The notes below the pieces were generated by a model, which did no database searches, was not told where the DNA came from, and worked only from the letters and a program-made list of their open reading frames with translations. 64,000 nucleotides of DNA from Candidatus Sulfomarinibacteraceae bacterium (GTDB lineage Bacteria > Acidobacteriota > Thermoanaerobaculia > Thermoanaerobaculales > Sulfomarinibacteraceae), in contig CAWCLO010000001.1 of the NCBI GenBank assembly GCA_963796455.1, positions 1,056,001 to 1,120,000 of the forward strand. The letters are read 5' to 3'. The position numbers and the translations under genes are program-made. Shown here piece after piece: positions 30,201 to 39,948 of the stretch. How positions within the stretch are numbered: the stretch's first letter is position 1; the number at the start of each line of letters is the position of its first letter.

Positions 30201-33200
30201 CCAATTGGTGGTCCCTGACAAGGGTCAGGGCAACCCCAAAACCGCCACGATCAGACGCGGTGATGGGAATCTCGATCACACCCGACTGGCCGGCTCCGAT
30301 GGGACGTCTCTCGGTGCGGCGTCCGTCGCGGAAGATCTCGAGCATCATTTCCTGCTTGCGGAAGCCGGTGAAATACAGGAGCCGGGCGGTCTCCCCGACC
30401 GCAGCAGAGCCCCGGTCGAAGCGAAGCAGAGCGGGCAGCGACAGCGGGGTCCGTTTCCGACCGGTCACGACGAGGTGTTCCCGGGTTTCAAAGGCAGCAC
30501 CGAAGTCGTCCTCGGTGGAGTAGACCAATCGATAGGCGCCGGCGGTCAGCCCTGGGAGGTCGACCGAACCCGCACCGTCTTCTCCGTGCGCTACGTGTCC
30601 GGAAGCAATCTCCTCGCCGTCCGACCACCCGGCCAAGACACTCTCCGGATCGTAGCGATGTTCCCAACGGGAGCGGAGCTCGTCTCCCGGGTGTCCGGAG
30701 GCCGGGGTGGCCGCCCGGAACCAAGGGTAAGGGTTGATCAGCCGGGGTCAGGGTCTCCGACGGCTGATCCAGACGGAGCAATCGCCACGAACCGGTGCCC
30801 GCGCGGGGTGTTCCATCGAGGTCGGTACGGAGTACCCGGACAGTCGAGTCTTCCTTTGCCGCCCGAAAACCGAGGTCATCAATTATCCGCGCCTCGACAG
30901 CGACAAAACCGAGGCGGAAAACGCGCTCCGCCGATCGGGTCTCGCCACCCTCATCTGTGACATCCACACCGAGTCGGTAACGATATGTCACGCCCTGCCC
31001 GGCCTCGCGTTCGTCGGCTTCAGGGATGAACTGGACACGGAATCGGCCCTCGTCGTCGAGCCCCGATTCTCCCGCCGCCACCACCTGCCGTTGGCCGGAT
31101 GCTCTCGGATACCACCAGGACCACCAGCGCGGATAGACGGGCTCCCGAGTCACACTCCACTTCACATCACCGCTGACAACCGGGAGTCCGAAGTAGTAGC
31201 TCACCTCTCCTGTGAGCTCCGCCTCTCGATTGAGCCGCAGGGATACTTCGGGTTCGGAGATCTCCACCGAGAAGGTCGGCCTTTTGTATTCTTCGACCCG
31301 AAACCAGTTCTGTCCGCCAAAAGAAGTGCGAAGCCACCACCGACCGAGAAGGCGGCCGGCGGGAATCGTGAAACTGCCGCTGGCAGAACCAAAGGTGTTG
31401 GTGGACAGGGAGGTCGACCCGACCTCCTCACCGTTCGCATCCACGAGCGAAACCGTGATGTCGGTCTTTGGCACGGTTTCATATTCGATTGCTTCGCCGC
31501 CACCGCGGTAAGCGACAACCTTCCAGAAGATCTCCTGCTGCGGGCGGTAAGCCGAGCGGTCGGTATAGATCATTGCCGAGGAGCTCACTCCACGCGAGCC
31601 TTCGTGGCTCAGGTGAAGCCGAGTGGTGTCCAGGGCCAGATCGGCGTGGCGTTTTGCAAACACGAAATACTGTTCCCGTTGCCAGCGGGCGTGTTTGAAG
31701 GTCACCCGGCCGTCATCACCGCTACGTTGTCGTTCCATCTCGCGGTGACCCTTGCGGTAGTCATATCGATAGAGCGAAATATCCGCCCCTTCGAGTGCCC
31801 GGCCGCTCGCTCCGGATCGCGCCGTCACTTCGTAGCCGCCGGGAATCGTCCGGGTCACCAAGACCAGATCGGAAAGAATGAAGTTGTCGGCAACTCGAAG
31901 ATTGCCGGCCTCCTCGAAGTCCGCCCGCATCGATGCCACCACCAGATAGGCCCCGGCCTGATCGAGATCGGGCACCGAGAAGGTGTTGTGGGAGCGGAAA
32001 TCCGGTGTCGCGGGCAGATCGGTCGACCACTCGGAAACCGGATCGTTCCCCTCCATGATCTTCTCGGCTTCGCGATGATCGGGCAGCAGCGAATAGTCCT
32101 TCGAGGACCGGATGAACTTCTCGATATCGTGACGATAGGCGCGGAAATAGATCTTCTTGAAGTTGCGGTGTTCGATCCGGATCGACCGCCTGCCTGCACC
32201 ATCCGTCGCCATCATCGCCATCGAATAGGTGGGGGCCTCGATTACGGCCGCGTGGTGGGCACAGCGGCGCCCGCCGATGGATTCGGGGTGACGGTCGCGA
32301 CCCTTGATCGCGATATCACGGGCACGCACCAGGGCGTCGCTCTCCGCTTCAGTCTGCACGAACTCGGCCAGGACAGCCTGACCCATGGACCACCACCCGA
32401 GGCTGTTGTCGAAGGCCTGCTGCACCGATTCCAGATTCCGCCGGACCGCCAACTTGTCTTGGGTGCTGGGCAGAGCGGTGTGAAGCCGTCGCAGGCGCTC
32501 GAGTCGCGCCTCCAAAGCGGATTCGGGGCGACTGGAGTCTTCGTGCCAGGCCTCGAGATCGTCGAGCAGGGCGCCGACCTTGATCAGAGGATGTACATCC
32601 GAATCACCGAGATCGGCCTCGGCCGACCCGTTCGCCTGGCCTTCGATCAGCGCCTGTACCGGAAGCCTGAAGACTTCATTGGACTCGGCTGGGCTCCACA
32701 ACGACGAGTCAGACAGGAGTTCCGCCCACAAATAGGTAACTGCGTCGCGGAGGGTTCCGCGAATGCGCGGCGGAAAGTTGTTCTGCGCGATATACCGGGA
32801 GAGTTCTCCGAGGCTTTCACTCCCCCACTCGCCGCGCTTCGTCCAAAGCTCGAGAAACGCGCGATCGGATTCGGCCACGATCTGCTCGAGGTCCCACTTC
32901 TTGAGGTCCAACTCATCCGTGGTTTCGACCCGTTCGCGCTGGCGGATTTCCCACGAGTAGACCCTTGCGTAGGTGGCCAGGGCCTTGGCGTAGTAGAGCT
33001 CCAAAACCGCCTGGGAGACCGCGTCCTCGGGCCAGGGCTGCTCTTTGAGATAGCGCACCGCAGTCTCGTAGCCGTGCAGGGCCATCCGCAGCTTGGTTTC
33101 TTCGACCAGGGCGCGAGTCCACGTCTCGGAGTCATCCGCCTTACGGGCACGTACCAGAATTCCATCCACCGCCTTCGAGGCGGCCTCGAACTTCTGCTCC

Positions 33201-33394
33201 GAGATCAGTTGATCAACATCTTTCCAGTTCAAGGGTTCTCCTGCAGCGATGGTAACTCCTTCGTCCGGATCGGCACCATCTGCGCCGGGATCACCGCTCA
33301 ACGCCTGCAGCGCCGCCGCCGACACCAGCACCACGAGAAGGGTGGTCAGGAGAACAATCGAACGCGAACTGGACGAAAATCGTGTTTTTCGCAT
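27298..33394 (-). pseudogene. Bacterial alpha-2-macroglobulin, broken by three 1-nt indels (pseudogene or assembly errors)
   Basis: YTDRSAYRP, FRVEEYKRP, LRSDFSETAFW, thioester YPYECTEQ, SMYAPEF across ORFs 30488-33394, 27883-30636, 27654-27929 and 27298-27669. Confidence 0.88.
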
Positions 33395-33739
33395 GGCACC
33401 AGTTTAGACACGGCAGCCGCTCAGAAGTTCCATCTTCGCGCTCAAACCGATCCCGTTCCCGACGGCGAGCAGCGAAACCAGCCAGCGAAAGCAAGCAGCG
33501 GCGACAGATATTAGCCCCCGGGTACGGCGTCAACCTCGCACGAAACAGCCCCGGCGGGGCGGCAGACGGCGGTCGTCTGTAATGGCGAGGCCGTCCTCAG
33601 CGACCAGATCGCATTGAGTTCAAGGGTGGGCGGGTGGGACGTGCGTCCTGAGACCTGTATCTGGAGGGTGGAGAAAAGAACTGGGCGCGTGGCGCCGGGC
33701 GGACCTTCGGCCCGGTAGCGCCTCACCACCGAGGTGATG

Positions 33740-35053
33740 TCAGGGGATTTTGAGCGACCAACCGACGAAGTTTCCGTACTCGAACGTACTCGCCGTGATG
33801 TAGTCGTCGATGATCCGGCCGCGGATATCCTGATACGCGGGGGAGGTTCGTGTGTGTTCCCAGGCAATAAGCCAGTCCCTCGTGCCGGCAGCGACAGCTG
33901 GTTGTGAACAGGCTGCCAGCTGGCCGGCGATGGAAAGCCTCACCCCCCACTCCGCCCCTAACTGATTCGCTGTCGTCAGGACGCGCGCACCTATCCCGTA
34001 GTCTCCGTTGGTGGGGTTGCTGTACTGCCTTTCGAACGCGACGAGAAAGTCGCCCCTGGCGGGGTGGGCCGCAATATCGGGATGGGACTCGTTGGTGTGC
34101 CAGTTCGCGATCGTGACCACATCCTCCATCTGAACCGTCCCGGTCTCATCGACCCTCACCAAACGGGCGAAGACATCCTTGTGGTCCTGTGCCACTTGGC
34201 TGTGCCAGGCCACTGCCCAGCAATTGCCGTGTTGAGACGCGGCAACACTGGGGGCCGTTTCGGCGTCCGGCCATCCAGCGATCCCGAAGTCACCGCCGCC
34301 GAGGATCGCTCCGTTTCCGGCCAGGCGGACCCCAGAGATGTCGCCTCCACCCGCCTCCATTTTTTGATAGACGACGAGGTATTCATTTCTCGCCTGGTTA
34401 TAGGCGATGTCCGGAACGACTCGTTCCTCGGTCTGGTGGCTGGTGACACCGATGACGGTTCCCACGAGGTTGCTGGCCGCCGCCACCCGCTGCGCCGAAA
34501 TGGAACCGGCGTTGCCGCCGTACGCTTCATTCCACCACGTCACCATGAACTCCTGCACCGTGCCGCCGAAGGCGACTCGGGGACGCCACTGTTTGCTGGC
34601 CGCATTGTTGATGGTAAAGGCCGACAAACCAGCGATCGGTCCATTCCACGGCACGAACCTGCCGTGGATGTCGTAGTCTCCGCCGAACCCGTCAGAGTCG
34701 TGGGACCAGACCACCAGATACCGTTTGTTCACCGGGTCGTAGGCGACCGCAGGCTGCGCGTTGTCGCGTTGTGGACTGTCTTCGAACGCGATGACATATT
34801 CGCCGATCAGGGTCCCGTTATCGGTGTACCTTCTCCCCATGATCGAGCGCGCCTGCCATCCCGTGTTGTCGTGCCACACGACGAAGTATTCGTCACGATC
34901 GGTGTTGTAGGCCACGTCAGGCAGGTATTCGTTGAAATCCTGTGCCGTGATCGTGAATTCTTCACCCATGTCGGCCTCGACGGGGCTGCCGGCGACCACC
35001 AGCAAGACACACACCGCGAAAGCAGCCGAAGAGATTGTCAAATTTCCGCGCAT
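33740..35053 (-). CDS. Secreted repeat protein, probable 7-bladed beta-propeller
   Basis: Signal peptide; seven PxVA(Y)...(Y/F)LVxW repeats about 60 aa apart; GGAGG RBS before ATG 35053. Confidence 0.8.
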   Translation of the reverse strand: MRGNLTISSAAFAVCVLLVVAGSPVEADMGEEFTITAQDFNEYLPDVAYNTDRDEYFVVWHDNTGWQARSIMGRRYTDNGTLIGEYVIAFEDSPQRDNAQPAVAYDPVNKRYLVVWSHDSDGFGGDYDIHGRFVPWNGPIAGLSAFTINNAASKQWRPRVAFGGTVQEFMVTWWNEAYGGNAGSISAQRVAAASNLVGTVIGVTSHQTEERVVPDIAYNQARNEYLVVYQKMEAGGGDISGVRLAGNGAILGGGDFGIAGWPDAETAPSVAASQHGNCWAVAWHSQVAQDHKDVFARLVRVDETGTVQMEDVVTIANWHTNESHPDIAAHPARGDFLVAFERQYSNPTNGDYGIGARVLTTANQLGAEWGVRLSIAGQLAACSQPAVAAGTRDWLIAWEHTRTSPAYQDIRGRIIDDYITASTFEYGNFVGWSLKIP

Positions 35054-35357
35054 GATAGCCTCCTGCCCGCCCACTCAATTAAAAATTTCATGACGCGTGG
35101 ATCATCAACTGAACAAAGACACCTCATCCGATTCGAGGCGGCTGCTATGGATTGACCGCAAAGCATCGTTTCCATGTCGTTTCGGTTTCCCTGTTTCGTT
35201 GATATCAATAAACCTGGTCGATCATTTCATGATCCACCTAACCATGTTAACCTATAGAGTTTTTCTCGAAATATTTATTGATATTGAGATCTTTTCTCGA
35301 AACTCAAACCGGGAAAATTCAGCCAAAAACCCAAATAGCCTCGCTCCATGATTCCGC

Positions 35358-35510
35358 CGCGCCATGACCTGGCGGCTTTTACACCCGAAGAAGTGAGCCG
35401 TTTTGGCTGTCGCTGATCGCTGACGCTGTTGACCGAACTCTGCCGCTGACTCCTGGTCGCTGCCGCTGTCCCTGAACGCTTTCCGAACGATTGTCTTGGA
35501 CCTGAGTGAT
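35358..35510 (+). mobile_element. Four-helix-bundle element copy A, 5'-truncated remnant
   Basis: 35358-35396 encodes RAMTWRLLHPKK*, matching the C-terminus of the intact copies, followed by a CTG array and TGTCTTGGAC...AGTGAT end. Confidence 0.85.
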
Positions 35511-35564
35511 CCAGCATCCAGCATCGAGCATGGAGCATCGAGCATCGAGCATCGAGCATCAAGT
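35509..35564 (+). repeat. Heptamer array (ATC[C/G]AGC), 7-8 units
   Basis: ATCCAGC x2, ATCGAGC, ATGGAGC, ATCGAGC x3, ATCAAGT. Confidence 0.92.
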
Positions 35565-35649
35565 GATTGTCTTCTGCGGTTAGCTATTCTCACAGAAAAA
35601 AACCGGGCGCATGCGCGCCCAGTGTCGGGGTCAATTCGGCAGCCGCTAC

Positions 35650-36753
35650 CTACTGATTTGCCGGCACCGCCCACTCCTTGATTTGGTTCTCGTCAAGAGA
35701 ATTATCGCGGCTCCAGCGGGCCGCTCCCGCGATCACCGGTTCGTCGGCGGAGGCCAGGACCTCCAATGCCTCGACAGCCCGAGAACTTTCTTCGGGGGTT
35801 CCGAGGTCCTTGGCCATATTGAGGCCGAGGATCGCCTCGAGGCGGAAGCGCCGGTCGGGAGCATTCCGGGCAGTGTCGATCACAGTATCGAGCCGGCCCG
35901 GCTGCATTTTGAAATCAATTTCGCCGTCGTCATCCAACCGCATGGACTGCATGAGATCGGTGGAGGTCAATCGCTGCTTTGTACCGAGGCGTTGAGCGGG
36001 AACCTCACCGAGAACCACAGACGCGAGCAGGGCCAGCTCGAGGTCGCCGTCAGCCAATGCCCTTTCATAAACCGCCCTTGTGCCGAGATGGATGCACGCA
36101 AGACCGACCAGATCGGAGATGATCACAGTGTCTTCCTGACGAAGCAGACGACCAAGGCGGATGGCGCGGCGGAAGTCCCCCATCGCAATCTCGGCATTGT
36201 CTGCAGCAACCCCTCGCGCGATCCAGGACCTCACGAGTTTGATAGCGAACAAGAGATTGGTGATGCGCGTGCTGTAGCCCTCGAGTTCGAAAACGTCGGG
36301 ATAAAAGGACATGGTTGCCTGATCCACCCATGGTTCAGCTTCGAGCAGCAACGGATCGTCCGGTGGGAGAACCGTGCCTAACCATTCGGGGCCCTCGATT
36401 CCTCTCTTCGCGGCATCAAGAGCTTCTTCCGAACGTGGACCGATCTCTTTGGCAAAAAGCCCGAACCACTCCGCCGCGTTGGCGGTGCCGGACCCGAGTG
36501 GCGCCAGAAGGTCGAGGTCGGTCTGGAAACGCAGCGGCCAGTCGTTGGCAGACGGGCAGCTCCAACACGGCACCTCGAGATCTACAATCACCAGCGCCTC
36601 GGGCTCCGCCACAAACGCAGATGGTGCAGTAATCGTCGGCGCAGGCCGTCCGCGCGAAATCAGGCGCGCCCCAAGCGAGCCCGCAAGCACGATGATCAGT
36701 GCGGTGGCCAGGATCACCGGGATCATCTTCGATTTTGTTATCGGTGTGGTCAT
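35650..36753 (-). CDS. Membrane-anchored hypothetical protein (CWSC motif)
   Basis: N-terminal TM helix; start overlaps the upstream anti-sigma stop. Confidence 0.8.
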   Translation of the reverse strand: MTTPITKSKMIPVILATALIIVLAGSLGARLISRGRPAPTITAPSAFVAEPEALVIVDLEVPCWSCPSANDWPLRFQTDLDLLAPLGSGTANAAEWFGLFAKEIGPRSEEALDAAKRGIEGPEWLGTVLPPDDPLLLEAEPWVDQATMSFYPDVFELEGYSTRITNLLFAIKLVRSWIARGVAADNAEIAMGDFRRAIRLGRLLRQEDTVIISDLVGLACIHLGTRAVYERALADGDLELALLASVVLGEVPAQRLGTKQRLTSTDLMQSMRLDDDGEIDFKMQPGRLDTVIDTARNAPDRRFRLEAILGLNMAKDLGTPEESSRAVEALEVLASADEPVIAGAARWSRDNSLDENQIKEWAVPANQ

Positions 36754-37157
36754 AAGACTTCTCCTTGAACCTCGAGATCGGTCGGGTCTTCAAAACTCGC
36801 AAAGAGCCCGACGATCGGTTGCACGTTGTCGACTATCCGGATGGGGCGGAGGAACTCGACGGCGGGTTCAGCGATCTGGTTCTCAGCCTCTCTCGCCACA
36901 TCGGGTCTCGGGCCGAATCCTTCGCCCGCGAAGGACACCACGAAATGGCCTGCGAGGAGGAACGCCACACTTGCCGCCCACGCCAACCGGACGCCACGCT
37001 GCCCCCAGATCGTCCTCCACAGGTCCACGGGCTCTTCCGTTGTCACCGCGTCACGAGCCGCGCCGAGGACTCGTGAGCGCAGATCGGTCGGCGTCGGCGG
37101 CGGCTCGACGCCTTCGAAGAGGCGCTCCAACACTGGATCTCGTTCATTCGTCGTCAT
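36750..37157 (-). CDS. Putative transmembrane anti-sigma factor
   Basis: Directly downstream of the ECF sigma; PPP.P.DLRSRVL followed by WAASVAFLL TM segment. Confidence 0.65.
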   Translation of the reverse strand: MTTNERDPVLERLFEGVEPPPTPTDLRSRVLGAARDAVTTEEPVDLWRTIWGQRGVRLAWAASVAFLLAGHFVVSFAGEGFGPRPDVAREAENQIAEPAVEFLRPIRIVDNVQPIVGLFASFEDPTDLEVQGEVL

Positions 37158-37737
37158 CGGATCTCTCCATGAGGTTTTTGAGCTTTTGAATGCCGCTACG
37201 GTAGCGGCTGGCGGCGGTGAATTTCGGCACGGAGAGTATCTCGCCGATCTCCTCATAAGTGCATCCGGCGAAATTCCTCAAATAGATGACCTCACGGTGC
37301 GCATCCGTGAGACCGGACAGAAGAACAGAAACCTGGGCCGCATCCACCATCCGCTGGCTGTCGCCTTCGGCAGCAGTCAAAAAAGGGTACTGTTCCACGG
37401 GCTCGGCAAAATGACGGCGGCGGCGACGGGACACGTCGATGGCCCTGCGGTGGGTCACGGTCATCAACCAGCCTTTTGGGTTCTTGATCTTTGCCAATCG
37501 CGGTCCCTGTTCCACGACCTTGACGAAGACATCCTGCACGACGTCGGCGGCATCTTCTTCCGAACCGGTGCGCCACAAGGCGAGGCCATAGAGCTTTTGT
37601 GCCGCTTTGTCGTAAAGCGTGTCAAGCGACGCAAGGCGACCGGCAGCGAGTTCCGCAAAGAGACCCCGCCAATCATCCCGTGGCGGGTGGACCGGGGATT
37701 TTACCTCGGTCAATCTGGTCGGCGGTAGGTCGGTCAC
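37144..37737 (-). CDS. ECF sigma factor
   Basis: DAADVVQDVFV, GWLMTVTHRRAID, REVIYLR....TYEEIGEIL. Start uncertain (37737 or 37782). Confidence 0.92.
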   Translation of the reverse strand: MTDLPPTRLTEVKSPVHPPRDDWRGLFAELAAGRLASLDTLYDKAAQKLYGLALWRTGSEEDAADVVQDVFVKVVEQGPRLAKIKNPKGWLMTVTHRRAIDVSRRRRRHFAEPVEQYPFLTAAEGDSQRMVDAAQVSVLLSGLTDAHREVIYLRNFAGCTYEEIGEILSVPKFTAASRYRSGIQKLKNLMERSDDDE

Positions 37738-37813
37738 GGCTTCCACAATAGTCGAGACGAACGAGCATCGCTTTTTTGTCACTCTCGACCCGACCGTTTG
37801 TTAGGATGAGCCC

Positions 37814-38452
37814 ATGTTCACGACCGTTTTCCTCGCCTCGATCATGATCGGTGCCGCCACCAGCCTGCTTTACGCGATTCGATTCGAGGATCGGGAATTG
37901 GAGATCATCTCGAAGACCGCAGCCTCGTTTGTCTTTGTCATCCTCGGTATCGTGCGATGGTCCGCCGGCGACATTGTTGGAGGTTGGCTCGTTGCGGGGC
38001 TGATTCTTTGCGCAGTAGGTGATTTCTGTCTGCTCTGGGACCGTTCATTCGATATCGGTTTGCTCTCTTTTCTTCTCGGTCACCTCGCCTACGGCGCCGG
38101 TTTCGGTGCCGCCCTGGCCGTTCGCCAGTGGCCGCTGATGGTTCTGATACCGCTCCTGGTTGCAGGTGGAGCTGCTTCGAGCTGGTTGTGGCCGCACCTC
38201 GGGAAACGGAGAACCCCCGTCACCGCCTATGTTGTCGCGATCACCTTCATGTTGTGGGGTGGACTCTCGACTTCGATCTCCGCCGCCCTACCGTGGACCG
38301 CGGCCGCTGGAGCATTCCTTTTCTACCTGTCGGATCTGGCGGTCGCCCGCCAGCGCTTCATCCACCAATCGTTTATCAACCGGGGCCTCGGTCTCCCGAG
38401 CTACTACCTCGGTCAATTCCTGATCGCGATGACAGTCGGCGCCGGCCGGTGA
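37814..38452 (+). CDS. YhhN/lysoplasmalogenase family membrane protein
   Basis: VGDFCL, GLLSFLLGHLAY, GAFLFYLSD, YYLGQ. Confidence 0.88.
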   Translation: MFTTVFLASIMIGAATSLLYAIRFEDRELEIISKTAASFVFVILGIVRWSAGDIVGGWLVAGLILCAVGDFCLLWDRSFDIGLLSFLLGHLAYGAGFGAALAVRQWPLMVLIPLLVAGGAASSWLWPHLGKRRTPVTAYVVAITFMLWGGLSTSISAALPWTAAAGAFLFYLSDLAVARQRFIHQSFINRGLGLPSYYLGQFLIAMTVGAGR

Positions 38453-38486
38453 CCCACTTGTCGTCTCGTTCTGCAGGGGGAATCCC

Positions 38487-39785
38487 ATGACCCAGCGCGC
38501 CACCGCCTTTTTAATGATTGTCCTTGTAGCCACCGTCGGAGCAACCCAAAGCAATTGGAACACCCACACCACCGGAGGGGAATACGCCTTCGCAAGGGGC
38601 GACTTCGCAAGGGCAGAGCGGGAATTCCAGACTGCTCTCGAGATCGCCAACGGTTTTCCCGAGGGCGACAAACGGCTCGAGACCAGCCTCGAGAACCTCG
38701 GCAGGCTCTACGAACACGATTCGGACTTCGACAAGGCCCAACCCATGTACGAACTCCTTCTCGCGGCTCGCGAGCACCGGCTCGGACCGGACCACCCCGC
38801 GCTCATGGATGTCCTCTTTGCCGTAGCTCGCGTCAGCCAGCCAAGCGGCGATCTGCCGACGGTCACCGCCAGCCTCAACCGCTATGCCGAGATCGCCGAG
38901 TCCAGCGGCAAGGGCGATCCGCGGAAAAACTGGCAGGCTTTTCAGCTCCTTTCCCGCAACCTGCTGCTCCAGGACGACGAAGTGCAGGCGCTTCGATGGC
39001 AGCGATCTGCAGCCGAAGCCATAGCCGAAGACCTCCGCGCGACCGATGAGGAGCGCGCCAATGTCATCGAATCGGCCGCCAACCTCGAAATCACCGCCGG
39101 CGAAGGTGCCGCGGCCGAAATGCTCCTGGCAGAGGTCGCGCGCCTGAGAATCAGCGAGGGACTGCCCACCACGATCGCTGAGACCATGAATCGGGGCGCG
39201 GCGACCGCCTTCGGTGCCGGAAGATTCGAAACCGCAGAGGTGCTCGCCGAGCGCGCACTGAAGAGTGAACCCGAAGGACAGACCGAGCTCGGCGCTCTCA
39301 CGATGCTCGCCGACGTCTCGTGGGCACGGGTCAACCGCGGCACCGACGATCTCGAGATACTGCTTTCCGGAGCCCAGGACGACGAAGATCTGGTAACCGC
39401 TTCGGCGCGACTCACGAGTGTCATCGAGGCCAAGGAAGAACCCGACATCAAGTCGATGCGGCGGCTGGTTCAGGTCGAGGCCCTCCGGGGTAGACCCGAG
39501 GCGGCCCTTTCATGGCAACGACAAGTGATTGCCTCGGGGGCTTCAGGGGACGCCGCCATGGTGAGCGCACGGAAGGATCTCGTGACCCTGCTCGCGGCTG
39601 CCGGCAAGACCGACGAGGCCCTGACCGAAAACACCTCTGCGATGACCGCCGCCGAGGCACGTTATGGGGAGACATCCGCTCAGATTCTTCAGCTTCTCGA
39701 GCAGCGCGCCCGGATCGCGACGGCCGCCGGGAACAAAAAGGAAGCCAAGAAGGCAAACAAGCAGATCAAGAAGCTGAGTAGATAG
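38487..39785 (+). CDS. Exported TPR-repeat protein
   Basis: Signal peptide; SLENLGRLY...LGPDHP TPR pattern. Confidence 0.8.
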   Translation: MTQRATAFLMIVLVATVGATQSNWNTHTTGGEYAFARGDFARAEREFQTALEIANGFPEGDKRLETSLENLGRLYEHDSDFDKAQPMYELLLAAREHRLGPDHPALMDVLFAVARVSQPSGDLPTVTASLNRYAEIAESSGKGDPRKNWQAFQLLSRNLLLQDDEVQALRWQRSAAEAIAEDLRATDEERANVIESAANLEITAGEGAAAEMLLAEVARLRISEGLPTTIAETMNRGAATAFGAGRFETAEVLAERALKSEPEGQTELGALTMLADVSWARVNRGTDDLEILLSGAQDDEDLVTASARLTSVIEAKEEPDIKSMRRLVQVEALRGRPEAALSWQRQVIASGASGDAAMVSARKDLVTLLAAAGKTDEALTENTSAMTAAEARYGETSAQILQLLEQRARIATAAGNKKEAKKANKQIKKLSR

Positions 39786-39903
39786 TTCGGAGTTCGGTGT
39801 TCGGAGTTTGGAGTTTGGAGTTTCCGCACAGTTCGGCCGGAGAATTGGCGGGTATATGGTCAAAGTTTATAATTCCGAATTCCGAATTCCGAATTCCGAA
39901 CTC
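39784..39903. repeat. Inverted pair of heptamer arrays (AGTTYGG)x6 and (AATTCCG)x4
   Basis: Arrays at 39784-39825 and 39871-39903 are mutually complementary with G.U pairs on the + strand. Confidence 0.9.
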
Positions 39904-39948
39904 ACCAATCGGCTTGCGGCATTGACACGTGTCGGCCATCATGTCCCC

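Noticed and set aside
30734..33514. 926-aa plus-strand ORF and similar long antisense ORFs (e.g. 24475-25902, 34064-35155, 7900-8820)
   Set aside because: Shadows of real genes on the opposite strand in GC-rich DNA; no recognisable motifs.
33495..33570. REP-like remnant (GGCGRCAGA twice, GCCCC/GGGGC hairpin)
   Set aside because: Single degenerate occurrence; cannot be supported within this window.
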